Assembly: GCA_021798275.1 (NCBI GenBank) | Contig: JAJZMK010000139.1 | Span: 12,408-76,407, forward strand | Source: Actinomycetes bacterium | Lineage (GTDB): Bacteria; Actinomycetota; Acidimicrobiia; Acidimicrobiales; Bog-793 | Direction of reading: 5' to 3' | Length of the DNA: 64,000 nucleotides | Notes under the pieces: model-generated | What the model saw: only the letters and a program-made list of their open reading frames with translations | What the model was told of the DNA's origin: nothing | Databases searched by the model: none | Made by a program: the position numbers and the translations under genes | Part shown: piece after piece, positions 19,980 through 29,446 of the stretch | Numbering within the stretch: the first letter of the stretch is position 1 | Layout: every line of letters starts with the position of its first letter

Positions 19980-21386
19980 CTACTTCCCGGTCGTCTGATT
20001 GAGTAGATACCAGCTTTTCAACCTGGCTCTTACCTCATCTTTGCCAAGAATTCCTTCGTCCAAACGTATCTCCAACAAATAAGACAGGGCTTTGCCCACC
20101 ATGGGACCGGGGGTAAGATTCAACTCTGCCATCACTTCCAAACCGTCCAATTCCGGTCTGATGGCATCCAATTCTTCCTTGGCTCTCAACTCTTTATAGC
20201 GTTCTTCAAACCCGTCGATACTGGCCATGAGCGCGTCCGCTTTGGCTTTGTTGCGGGTTGTACAGTCAGCTCTGGTCAGTGCATTGAGTTTTTCCAACAG
20301 GTCGCCGGCGTCGCGTGCATACCTGCGGATTGCCGACTCCGTCCAACCCATTTTATAGGTATGAAATCTCAGATGCAGGGCTATCAGCTTATAGACCTGT
20401 TCGATCTGATCACCGGAATATCTAAGGGCTTCCAGACGCTTCCTGGCCATTTTTGCCCCGACGATATCGTGATGATGGAAACTGACTCCGCTTTTCGAAA
20501 TAGACCTGGTTTTCGGTTTGCCTATATCGTGAAGCAGTGCCGCCATCCGTAAAATTAAATCCGGAGGGGTTTTCGCCACAACGGCAACAGTGTGTTCCAA
20601 CACGTCTTTGTGTCTGTGAATGGGATCCTGCTCCAAAGACAAAGCCGGCAATTCGGGCAGGAAAACTTCCGCCAATTTGTTGTTCAACAAAAACCAAAGC
20701 CCGGATTGCGGCTCCGGCAACATGAGAAGCAGGTTGAATTCGTCCCTTATCCTTTCGGCGGAAACTATCTTGAGCCTTTCGCTCATGCTTTGTACCGCCT
20801 CGAGAAGATCGGGAACCGGAGTCAGGTTATAACCGCAGGAAAATCTGGCGGCGCGTAACATCCGCAGCGGGTCGTCGGAAAAAGATTCTCTGGGCTCAAT
20901 GGGAGTTTTCAGTATCTTGTTCTGCAATAAGTCTTCCAGCCCGCCGAAAGGATCTATAAGTTTTATTTCCGGCAATTTGATGGCCATGGCATTGACCGTA
21001 AAGTCGCGCCTGGCCAAATCCTTTTCTATGTCCTTGCCGAATACCACCTCGGGATGACGGGAAAGCGAAGAGTAGGCATCGCTGCGGTGAGTGGTTATCT
21101 CGAACTTCTGACCGTTGTAAAGAGCGCCTATGGTACCAAACTGTTTGCCCTGTGCCCAAGTGGCATCGGCAAACCTGCTCAAAATCTTCTCTGTCTCATC
21201 CGGTTTGGCATCGGTGGTCAGGTCGATATCTATTATTGAAGAACCCTCTTTATAGGGACGGGGAACAAAGCCGTCCCTGACGGAACCGCCCACGATATAG
21301 ATGTCGTAGCCGGCTGTGCTGAATTGTTCAGCCAAGAACAGTGTTTTATTGATAACCGATTCAAAATTTTTAGGGATCACATTCAC
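19980..21386 (-). CDS. cca: CCA tRNA nucleotidyltransferase / poly(A) polymerase family with HD domain
   Basis: YIVGGSVRD...IDLTTDA nucleotidyltransferase motif, RRDFTVNAM, HD domain LLHDIGKP. Confidence 0.9.
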   Translation of the reverse strand: MNVIPKNFESVINKTLFLAEQFSTAGYDIYIVGGSVRDGFVPRPYKEGSSIIDIDLTTDAKPDETEKILSRFADATWAQGKQFGTIGALYNGQKFEITTHRSDAYSSLSRHPEVVFGKDIEKDLARRDFTVNAMAIKLPEIKLIDPFGGLEDLLQNKILKTPIEPRESFSDDPLRMLRAARFSCGYNLTPVPDLLEAVQSMSERLKIVSAERIRDEFNLLLMLPEPQSGLWFLLNNKLAEVFLPELPALSLEQDPIHRHKDVLEHTVAVVAKTPPDLILRMAALLHDIGKPKTRSISKSGVSFHHHDIVGAKMARKRLEALRYSGDQIEQVYKLIALHLRFHTYKMGWTESAIRRYARDAGDLLEKLNALTRADCTTRNKAKADALMASIDGFEERYKELRAKEELDAIRPELDGLEVMAELNLTPGPMVGKALSYLLEIRLDEGILGKDEVRARLKSWYLLNQTTGK

Positions 21387-21524
21387 AAAAGTACCTAAAC
21401 ATTAAAATAATGCCGGCAGTTGCCGCAACGCCGCCAATTCACTCTATAACCTGAGAATCCGATCATATCGAAGTTTGGGGCTGCGGTTCCGCCTGTTTTG
21501 CAAGAGAGAACAATTTAGCGGCCC

Positions 21525-23804
21525 GTGCCGGCGGGCAGACGGCAAAGAGGGTATTTACAAATTGGCAATATGGGCAAAGCGCTCTCATTTTTGAGATATT
21601 GTTTTTTAGTGTCTCGTTTACCGCCTAAAGACTTTGCTTTTACAAAAAGGTCCTCTCCGGTTTTTACCCGCATCAAATGCCGCTTCTGCGGTGGGACAAG
21701 TATAAAAACGCTGCTTCTGTCCTTTTCGATACTTACTATCTCGATCCTCGCCGTGTTCCCCGACTCAGTCGGTGCCGCAACGTTGCCGCCGCAAAACCGT
21801 TCCGGGGTTCTCGGCACAACTTTGATCTTGTCAAACCAAACAGAATGGATCAAGCGGAGCGGACAGGCTTTTACAATAAGTCTTTCGATATCTTCGTCTT
21901 TGCCGGAAAAGAGTCTGGGTCTCCAGTTTTTATTCTATTCCAAACTGACATCCCGTTACACATACAACGCCTCCGCTGACAACCAAGAGGAGAGCCAAAA
22001 CATAATTGACACGTCGCAGGTCATACCGATTACCCGGCTCAGAACTAAGACGCTTGCAAAAAACCGGTTTCGGACAAACATAAGCTTTCCCATATCGCTT
22101 TTGAACAGCAGACCGGGTCATAAAATAACCCCCACTTTATACCTGTCCTGCAACCAAAGTGCCTGTGACGGAGTGTATCCCTTACAGGTTAATTTAATCG
22201 ACATCCCGACAGACAAACAATTGAGTGTCTTTACAACTCATATCATTTACACTGTATTTGAAAACGGAAATTTACCCTTGGAAGTGGGTTTGATAATCCC
22301 CATAGGCGAGAACAATTATATTAAGCCGGGCGGAACAATCGATGTCCCGCAACCGTCAATATCGTCACTTAAGTCGCTCCTCTCGCTTCTGACGGCGTAC
22401 AAAAAAGTCCCCATTACTCTCAACATAAGCCCCCAGTTGGTATATGCCCTGGAGACCGATACGCAAAAAAGTGCAAAAAATATCATTTCTGAAATCCGTC
22501 ACTTAATCGGTATCAAATTCAAACTAAAAGACCTGCAGGTCTTGGGACAGGCTTTTTCCAATGTAAGTGCAACGCAATTGGTTAATGCCGGATTGGGTTC
22601 CCAGTTGGGAACTCAATTCCAATACGGAATATCCACATATGCAAATTATTTAAAAATCAAAACCAGAGCAAGTCCTTATCTGTCCCCCACGGACTTATCG
22701 GCAAAAGCTTTTTCTTTATTGACAGACAACCATGTAAATCGGATGATTTTACCGGAAAACAATATTTTATTGCACTACATTACTACAATTACTGCCCCTT
22801 TGCGCATACCTCTCAATAGCGCTGCCCCTTCAAATAAAAGCTCCGCAAAAACTCCCGAAGTGCTGCTGACGGACCAAGGACTCGCCGGCATGTTTATGGA
22901 CAACAACAGTGATCCCAGGCTGGAAGCGAGCACAATCTTGGGTGAACTTGCACAGATATACTTTGACGCGCCGGACGCTCTCAACAACAGATGCATTATC
23001 GTCAACCCGTCTTCTTGGGGCGGGAAGTACCTTATGAAACCCCTCTTGGCCGGATTGTTTTCTTCCAACATTTTGCGGTCAAAAACGATCAATCAAATTT
23101 TCGCAACGGTACGGACGGGAACAAACGGCTCTCCCGCACAAGCCAAACTGAGCGGCTACTCCGGCAACCGCTCAGGCAACAAAAAATCACGCGGCAGCGA
23201 ACGCTCCGGCCTCGACAAAAGCGCTCAATACCTTCGGGATCTGGAATCGATTTTGGGTACAAAAACGGCTTTGGCTCAGTCGCAGAACTTGCTGGCGACT
23301 GCTGCCGTTTTGGAAGGAGAAACGAACGGCCTGTCTCCGGCGAAGAGGAGCGCCTACTTTCTGACCCCTTATCAAGTAATTAAAAAAATTGAACCGAAGC
23401 TGTCGCTGACCGGAAATAAATCGATAACCCTTACCTCCTCAACCGGAAAAGTCCCCATAACGATCGGCTCTGATTATCAAATTCCCATTAACGTAATTCT
23501 TGACGTAAGTTCCAGCGAAGTGATAGTCCAAACCAAACCGAAATTTCTCTCGCTCCGGCATCTGCAACCTGTTTACTTTCAAGTGACGACGAGAACATCC
23601 GGCAGATTCATACTAAAAGTACAAGTCTTTTCTCCAAAAGGCCATTTGTTGTTGTTGACTGAGGACTATGTGGTGTCCTCAACCGCCATTTCGCTGCAGG
23701 CAATACTGTTGACGGCGCTTGCTCTGCTCATATTGATTGTTTGGTGGGTAAAGTCTTTCATCAAATCGAGAAGCAATAAACTTCGCGCCGGCGGCAATCG
23801 ATAG
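21525..23804 (+). CDS. large secreted/anchored protein, DUF6049-like (Rv3909-like position)
   Basis: 759-aa ORF. Signal-like LLLSFSILTISILAVFPDSVGAA and a single C-terminal TM ILLTALALLILIVWWV. It lies between cca and murJ as in mycobacteria. Start uncertain. Confidence 0.6.
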   Translation: MPAGRRQRGYLQIGNMGKALSFLRYCFLVSRLPPKDFAFTKRSSPVFTRIKCRFCGGTSIKTLLLSFSILTISILAVFPDSVGAATLPPQNRSGVLGTTLILSNQTEWIKRSGQAFTISLSISSSLPEKSLGLQFLFYSKLTSRYTYNASADNQEESQNIIDTSQVIPITRLRTKTLAKNRFRTNISFPISLLNSRPGHKITPTLYLSCNQSACDGVYPLQVNLIDIPTDKQLSVFTTHIIYTVFENGNLPLEVGLIIPIGENNYIKPGGTIDVPQPSISSLKSLLSLLTAYKKVPITLNISPQLVYALETDTQKSAKNIISEIRHLIGIKFKLKDLQVLGQAFSNVSATQLVNAGLGSQLGTQFQYGISTYANYLKIKTRASPYLSPTDLSAKAFSLLTDNHVNRMILPENNILLHYITTITAPLRIPLNSAAPSNKSSAKTPEVLLTDQGLAGMFMDNNSDPRLEASTILGELAQIYFDAPDALNNRCIIVNPSSWGGKYLMKPLLAGLFSSNILRSKTINQIFATVRTGTNGSPAQAKLSGYSGNRSGNKKSRGSERSGLDKSAQYLRDLESILGTKTALAQSQNLLATAAVLEGETNGLSPAKRSAYFLTPYQVIKKIEPKLSLTGNKSITLTSSTGKVPITIGSDYQIPINVILDVSSSEVIVQTKPKFLSLRHLQPVYFQVTTRTSGRFILKVQVFSPKGHLLLLTEDYVVSSTAISLQAILLTALALLILIVWWVKSFIKSRSNKLRAGGNR

Positions 23805-23805
23805 C

Positions 23806-25449
23806 ATGACGGATACAACCAAACCGCCCAATAAAAACTCCCGCAGCAACACCGTAAGCATCATATCCGGGGAAAAGCGCAAATCCCAGCTGAACAGGGC
23901 TTCATTAAAGACTGCCGGCGGTACCATGTTGTCACGCTTGACGGGGCTGCTCAGATTAATTATTTTGGCATACGCCATCGGCGGCTCCAGGTTGGCGGAC
24001 GCCTTTAACCTTGCCAACAATACCCCCAATATGGTGCACGATCTCATTTTGGGTGGCATAATGGCCGCCACATTTGTGCCCGTCATTGTGGAACGAATGT
24101 CAAAATCTTCCGAAGAAGAGATAAGGGCGTCGATATCGGCCATCATTTCTCTGTCGATAATGATACTGATCGTTTCGACGGCAATTTTTGAGCTGCTGGC
24201 GCCGGGAATCGTCAGTTTGTATACATTCGGAACGCATATCAGCCCCCAAGAAAGATCGGTGGCCACGGAGCTGTTGAGATTTTTTGCCCCGCAGGTACTC
24301 TGCTACGGTTTTTTTGGCCTCATTGCGTCTTTATTGGCCACAAGAGACAAATTCGAAATAGTGGGCGTCGCTCCGGTGACCAACAATATCGTGGGGATTA
24401 TAGTCTTGCTCGTTTTTTCTTTTATGACAAGCAAGACAAACGTAAAGCATCTCAACCTCTCCTCCCCGGAACTTATTTTGTTGGGCGTCGGCACGACGCT
24501 GGCGGTCGCCTCACAGGTATTTGTCATATTGCCCGCGCTCAGAAGAGAAAAATTCAGATTTAGATTTTCCTTCAATTTCCGCGACCCGGCTATACGGATG
24601 ATTGCTTCCCTCTCTTCTTGGACACTGGGATTTGTGTTGGCAAACCAAGCGGCTGTGTTTTTCATAATGGCTCTGGAAGTGAGATCGGGCGTCGGAGGGG
24701 TCAGCGCGTATACTTATGCTTTTACTTTTTTTCAACTCCCTTTCGGCGTCATAGCCGTATCCATAACAAACGTGGTGACCCCGGATTTTGCCAGATTGTA
24801 TTCCTTGAACAAGCCGAGACAATTTGCCAACAGGTTTTCATACGGCGTGCGTCAGGTAATGGCTTTGGTAATTCCGGCGGCAGCCGCTTACTTGATCTTG
24901 GCCAAGCCGATGATAGCCGCCCTGATAGGCCACGGCCGCGAATCCACAACGGCCGTCGATTTGACCGCGGCCACTTTGGTGATGTTTGCTTTGGGCCTGC
25001 CCAGCTTTTGTGTATTCTTTTTGGCCATCAGGGCTTTCCAAGCCATGCACGATACCAAAACGGCTTTTGTTTTATATGTTATTGAAAACGGGGTAAATAT
25101 CATTACCGCAATTTTTTTGTACCGTCACTTCGGCGTCAAAGGTTTGGCGCTTTCTTATTCCATAGCCTATACCGTCGGCGTTTTGGTGGCACTGTTGTTG
25201 ATCAGAGAAAGGCTCGGCAGCATCAGCGGAAAAAAAATTCTTTTACGCTCTTTAGAAGCCCTCGGCTACTCCGTTGTAATGGTATTTGCCGTAGCCTTCA
25301 TAGGAGCGCTTTTCCCGCATGAAAGGGGTGTTTATGAACTGCTCATTTTGATTATGCAGATTGCCGTCGGATTGCTAATATATTTAGGAATCGCAAATAT
25401 TGCGCGCAGCATTATGGTGTGGAAAGCTAAAACATCTCCGCACGTATAA
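23806..25449 (+). CDS. murJ: lipid II flippase MurJ/MviN
   Basis: 547-aa polytopic protein. TAGGTMLSRLTGLLRLIILAYAIG...LADAFNLANNTPNMVHDL is the MurJ N-terminal signature. Confidence 0.9.
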   Translation: MTDTTKPPNKNSRSNTVSIISGEKRKSQLNRASLKTAGGTMLSRLTGLLRLIILAYAIGGSRLADAFNLANNTPNMVHDLILGGIMAATFVPVIVERMSKSSEEEIRASISAIISLSIMILIVSTAIFELLAPGIVSLYTFGTHISPQERSVATELLRFFAPQVLCYGFFGLIASLLATRDKFEIVGVAPVTNNIVGIIVLLVFSFMTSKTNVKHLNLSSPELILLGVGTTLAVASQVFVILPALRREKFRFRFSFNFRDPAIRMIASLSSWTLGFVLANQAAVFFIMALEVRSGVGGVSAYTYAFTFFQLPFGVIAVSITNVVTPDFARLYSLNKPRQFANRFSYGVRQVMALVIPAAAAYLILAKPMIAALIGHGRESTTAVDLTAATLVMFALGLPSFCVFFLAIRAFQAMHDTKTAFVLYVIENGVNIITAIFLYRHFGVKGLALSYSIAYTVGVLVALLLIRERLGSISGKKILLRSLEALGYSVVMVFAVAFIGALFPHERGVYELLILIMQIAVGLLIYLGIANIARSIMVWKAKTSPHV

Positions 25450-25490
25450 TAAAATTACACATTCAAAGTATATACAATACGAGGTTTAAA

Positions 25491-26318
25491 ATGATTAAAA
25501 TCATCACCGATACCGCCGCAGACATACCCGCCGATATTTTAAATGAAAAAAATATAACCGCCGTTCCTTTGGGTGTGCGTTTCACCCAGAACGGCACCGA
25601 TCTGGATGTTGAATCCGTACAGGATTTCTGGAAAACCCTGTCCTCCTCTTCTTTTCTGCCAAAAACCTCGGCTCCGTCTCCGGGCAGCTTTGCGGAATCA
25701 TTTCTTGCGGCACAATCCGAAGGATACGAAGGTGTCGTATGTATTACTCTAGCCTCTGAGTTTTCCGGAACATACGATGCCGCCTTGGCCGGAGCAAAAG
25801 AGGTCAACGGTTTTCCGATTGAGGTCATAGACTCAAAATCAGTTACTCTTGGGGAAGGATTGCTTGTACTTTTTGCAGTTGAGTTGGCAGAAAATAATCT
25901 TCCGTTTAAAGAAATTGTCAGCAGTGTCTATACCAAGCGCGACAAAATTAAAGTTATTGCACTGCTTGATACATTAGAATACTTAAAAATGGGCGGCCGG
26001 ATAGGCCCACTCTCCTCCATGATAGGCACCCTCCTTTCCGTGAAACCAATTCTCGGTATAACCTTCGGAAAACTTATACCGCTCGGAAAACAAAGGACCA
26101 GGTCAAAAGGACTTGATTTTTTAATCAACTCGCTGAATACTACTGCCGAGCTGGAAAAGGTTGCCGTAGTACACTCGATGGCCCCGGATATAGACAATAT
26201 TGCCGAATCCGTAAAAAATATTGTAAAAACAGACGACGTGCTTGTCTCTTATATAGGCCCTATCATAGGAACCTATTCCGGCCCGGGTACAATCGGGTTT
26301 TGTATCATGGAAAAATAA
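25491..26318 (+). CDS. DegV-family fatty-acid-binding protein
   Basis: IKIITDTAADIP..., PKTSAPSPGSF and SGTYDAA motifs, 275 aa. Confidence 0.9.
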   Translation: MIKIITDTAADIPADILNEKNITAVPLGVRFTQNGTDLDVESVQDFWKTLSSSSFLPKTSAPSPGSFAESFLAAQSEGYEGVVCITLASEFSGTYDAALAGAKEVNGFPIEVIDSKSVTLGEGLLVLFAVELAENNLPFKEIVSSVYTKRDKIKVIALLDTLEYLKMGGRIGPLSSMIGTLLSVKPILGITFGKLIPLGKQRTRSKGLDFLINSLNTTAELEKVAVVHSMAPDIDNIAESVKNIVKTDDVLVSYIGPIIGTYSGPGTIGFCIMEK

Positions 26319-26380
26319 CGGCCGTTTTTATGGTGCCTTATATTTTCCTGTCTCTTTCTTATCGGTAGTAAGATATTATT

Positions 26381-26713
26381 ATGCAAACACCTTCCGACCA
26401 AACAACTGAAGCCGATAAAGCAGACCTGGCTGCCAAGGTAACCGGTTACCTCGAAACGGCGGTAACTTTAATCAGGGATAAATCGACAAAACCGCTTGCC
26501 GATGTCATAAATACCATTTTGATTGCGGTTATGTTGGTGCTCGGAATTTCTTTTTTGGCGGTTATCTTTACAATAGGTATAGTTCGGTTATTCGATGATT
26601 TGGTCTTTTCCGGCCATGTGTGGGCCACTTATCTTTTACTGGGCGGAATATCTTTCGTCGCCGGATTGTTCTTGATAAGGAAGCTGGGAAAAGAAAGGTC
26701 GCATATTGTCTGA
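26381..26713 (+). CDS. small 2-TM membrane protein (possibly holin-superfamily-III-like)
   Basis: Two hydrophobic helices (ILIAVMLVLGISFLAVIFTIGIV and ATYLLLGGISFVAGLFLI). The family guess is weak. Confidence 0.45.
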   Translation: MQTPSDQTTEADKADLAAKVTGYLETAVTLIRDKSTKPLADVINTILIAVMLVLGISFLAVIFTIGIVRLFDDLVFSGHVWATYLLLGGISFVAGLFLIRKLGKERSHIV

Positions 26714-27662
26714 AACTCATATTCATGACGTCGTGATACTTGGTTCCGGTCCGGCGGGACTGACAGCCGCGATATATACAGCCAGAGGCAATCTAAAACC
26801 TTTGCTGTTGGAAGGTGAGCCCTCCTCAACGGGAGACCAGCCCGGCGGGCAGTTGATGCTGACAACGGAAGTGGAAAACTTCCCGGGATTCCCGCAGGGA
26901 ATTTTGGGACCGGAGCTTATGTCAAACCTGAAGGAACAGGCACTCAGGTTCGGTACAAATATAACCACGGCAAAAGTCGTAAAGGTCGATTTCTCCGATT
27001 CGCCTTTTTCCATATGGACATCGGTATCCGACAACCCTCTTAGAGCCCGCTCGGTTATCATCTCGACGGGTGCACAGGCTCTTATGCTAAATGTCGCGGG
27101 AGAAGACAGGTTGCTGGGTCATGGGGTGTCCGCCTGTGCCACGTGTGACGGTTTTTTCTTTAGGGATCAAAAAGTTCTTGTGGTGGGCGGCGGTGACTCA
27201 GCTCTTGAAGAGGCCGGATTTTTGTCGAAATTTGCCTCTTCTGTTACCGTTATACACCGCAGAAAAGAGTTGCGGGCTTCGAAAATTATGCAGGAAAGAG
27301 CGATGAAAAATCCAAAGATTTCTTTCCTATATAACGCCGTTGTGAAAGAACTTGTCGGAAAAGATAAGCTGGAGTTTGTGAGAATCCAAGACATCGAAAC
27401 GGGTCTGACGGAAGACGTAGAAGCACAGGGTCTGTTCGTTGCAATAGGACACGCTCCGAATACGGAGCTTTTCAAAAACCAACTCGAACTGGATGACAAG
27501 GGATACATCTTGACACGGAACGGCACACAGACTTCGATTCCCGGGGTATTTGCGGCCGGAGACGTCCAAGACTCCAAATACCGGCAGGCAATAACGGCGG
27601 CCGGTTCAGGTTGTATGGCAGCGTTGGATGTGGAAAAATACTTGGAATCATCGGAAAAGTAA
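26706..27662 (+). CDS. trxB: thioredoxin-disulfide reductase
   Basis: VVILGSGPAGLTAAIY, redox-active CATCDG, GGGDSALEEA, GVFAAGDV. Confidence 0.96.
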   Translation: MSETHIHDVVILGSGPAGLTAAIYTARGNLKPLLLEGEPSSTGDQPGGQLMLTTEVENFPGFPQGILGPELMSNLKEQALRFGTNITTAKVVKVDFSDSPFSIWTSVSDNPLRARSVIISTGAQALMLNVAGEDRLLGHGVSACATCDGFFFRDQKVLVVGGGDSALEEAGFLSKFASSVTVIHRRKELRASKIMQERAMKNPKISFLYNAVVKELVGKDKLEFVRIQDIETGLTEDVEAQGLFVAIGHAPNTELFKNQLELDDKGYILTRNGTQTSIPGVFAAGDVQDSKYRQAITAAGSGCMAALDVEKYLESSEK

Positions 27663-27696
27663 TTTATTCTATTAAAATACGAAAAGGAGACTTTAA

Positions 27697-28023
27697 ATGT
27701 CCGGGAGCACGGTAACCGTTAGCGACTCTAATTTTAATGAGGCTGTAATAGCTTCTGATACGCCTATTTTGGTTGATTTTTGGGCAGAATGGTGCGGCCC
27801 ATGCAAAATGATTTCCCCTATCTTAGACGAAATAGCCGCCGAACATGACGGCAAGGTTGTTATAGGAAAACTCAATGTAGATGACAACATCGAAACCGCT
27901 CGGCGTTTTGAGGTAATGAGCATACCTACCTTGATCTTATTCAAAGACGGCGAGCCCAAAGTAAGAATCGTCGGGGCACAGCCAAAGTCAAGTCTGTTAA
28001 ATAAAATAGACCCATTCATCTGA
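27697..28023 (+). CDS. trxA: thioredoxin
   Basis: FWAEWCGPCK active site, 108 aa. Confidence 0.96.
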   Translation: MSGSTVTVSDSNFNEAVIASDTPILVDFWAEWCGPCKMISPILDEIAAEHDGKVVIGKLNVDDNIETARRFEVMSIPTLILFKDGEPKVRIVGAQPKSSLLNKIDPFI

Positions 28024-28067
28024 TAACAGACCGGTTTTGACCGCTATACAGATAAATTGCACGCGTG

Positions 28068-28087
28068 TAATAAAGATATCTTTATTA
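28068..28087. promoter_or_regulatory. 20-bp perfect palindrome TAATAAAGATATCTTTATTA (candidate operator) upstream of the cwlM-like gene
   Basis: Read directly in the trxA-cwlM spacer. The spacer is also bracketed by GATAACAGA (28022-28030) and, near 28126-28134, its inverted copy TCTGTTATC. Confidence 0.35.
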
Positions 28088-28150
28088 ATTTATTGAGATT
28101 GTTACGATAAACACCGACATCACTTCTGTTATCGTCCTATCATTGAATAA

Positions 28151-29191
28151 ATGGTTCCAAACGAGTTGAAGCTGGAAAACTCAGATACCCAAAATACAGA
28201 AATTGTGGGCGACTCTCTTCTACCATTAAAACTTGGTGACCAAAATCTGGCGGTTGCCGATCTCCAAAGACGTCTCAACGCCATAGATATAGAAGTTGAG
28301 GATATTCACGGTTCATTCGGTTTGTCAACCCAAAAGGCAATAACGGAATTCCAAGCCGTAAGAGGCTTGATCGCAACCGGAGAATGCAACCGGCAAACTT
28401 GGGATGCATTGGTTGAATCCGGCTGGAAACTCGGCGATCGCATGCTATACCGCCGTACCCCGATGATAAAAGGGGATGATGTTGCCCAGTTGCAGCAAAG
28501 TTTGAGTGCTTACGGCTTTGATCCGGGCAGAATAGACGGTATTTTTGGCGACGAAACGGATTTGGCACTGCGTGATTTCCAACGCAATTGCGGTCTTTTG
28601 GTGGACGGTATTTGCGGACAAAGAACCATTCATGAACTGAACAGGTTACGGCCCGCCAACGGCGGCACTGCCTTGGTATCGCCTTTGCGTGAACGTTGGA
28701 AGCTGATTTCAAATCGCGAATCGGGTTTGATCGCGAAAAAAATAGTGGTGTGTGAACCGGGCGGCTTTGCCAAAGCCACCACGGCTCTCAAACGGTCTTT
28801 TGGCAACAGCGGAGCCAACGTCTTTGTTCTTCCCAATATCAACCCCTCTGCCACAGCGGCGGAAGCCAATCAACTGGGTGCTGACCTTGTTATTTCACTG
28901 AACTTACAGCCGACGACAAGAGACTGCTCCATCCATTTCTACAAAGGCTACCGCTATGAATCGGAAACCAGCAAGCAGCTCTCCGAACTGATCAGGCTGG
29001 AACTGGCCGCTTCTTTTGACTTTGAAAAAGTTATAACAACGGGAATGGCTACGCCTATCTTAAGGGAAACAAGAATGCCTGCGGTTGAGCTGTATATCGG
29101 AGACATTAAAGAAGTCATAAGAAAAATTACTTCTCTGGCCTCTTCAATTGTCAAAGCCTCAACACAATGGATAGAGCACGACTGGGAATAG
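28151..29191 (+). CDS. cwlM: CwlM-like N-acetylmuramoyl-L-alanine amidase with two PG-binding domains
   Basis: Two PG_binding_1 repeats (DLQRRLNAIDIEV..G.FG..T..A...FQ..RGL...G and VAQLQQSLSAYGFDPGRIDGIFGDETDLALRDFQRNCGL). The C-terminal part is amidase_3-like. Position after trxB-trxA matches Actinomycetota. Confidence 0.75.
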   Translation: MVPNELKLENSDTQNTEIVGDSLLPLKLGDQNLAVADLQRRLNAIDIEVEDIHGSFGLSTQKAITEFQAVRGLIATGECNRQTWDALVESGWKLGDRMLYRRTPMIKGDDVAQLQQSLSAYGFDPGRIDGIFGDETDLALRDFQRNCGLLVDGICGQRTIHELNRLRPANGGTALVSPLRERWKLISNRESGLIAKKIVVCEPGGFAKATTALKRSFGNSGANVFVLPNINPSATAAEANQLGADLVISLNLQPTTRDCSIHFYKGYRYESETSKQLSELIRLELAASFDFEKVITTGMATPILRETRMPAVELYIGDIKEVIRKITSLASSIVKASTQWIEHDWE

Positions 29192-29282
29192 ATCCCGGTT
29201 AGGCGCTTATTTATACCAAAGTACGGCTTTATCTGGTGTTTAGCTTTACCTCTGACACTAAACCTCTTCTTCAAGTCTTGAG

Positions 29283-29315
29283 AAATCCACAAGCTAATCC
29301 ACAAGTTGTGGATAA
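29283..29315. promoter_or_regulatory. cluster of three DnaA-box 9-mers with 3-nt spacers
   Basis: AAATCCACA (29283-29291), TAATCCACA (29295-29303) and TGTGGATAA (29307-29315, a perfect TTATCCACA on the minus strand). They lie in the convergent cwlM/parB spacer. Confidence 0.6.
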
Positions 29316-29446
29316 CCGTAAAGTTATAGTTTATATATACTGAGTTAACCCAAAATAGACGTACTGAATACGCAGTGAAATACTAAGGAAAATCTTTAGA
29401 GGTTTCCGACAATTATAAACGTCAAGTTGACGGTCATACATTTGAC

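Noticed and set aside
21515-21853. 112-aa minus-strand ORF at the 5' end of the DUF6049-like gene.
   Set aside because: It overlaps the signal-peptide region of the 759-aa gene in antisense and has no motifs.
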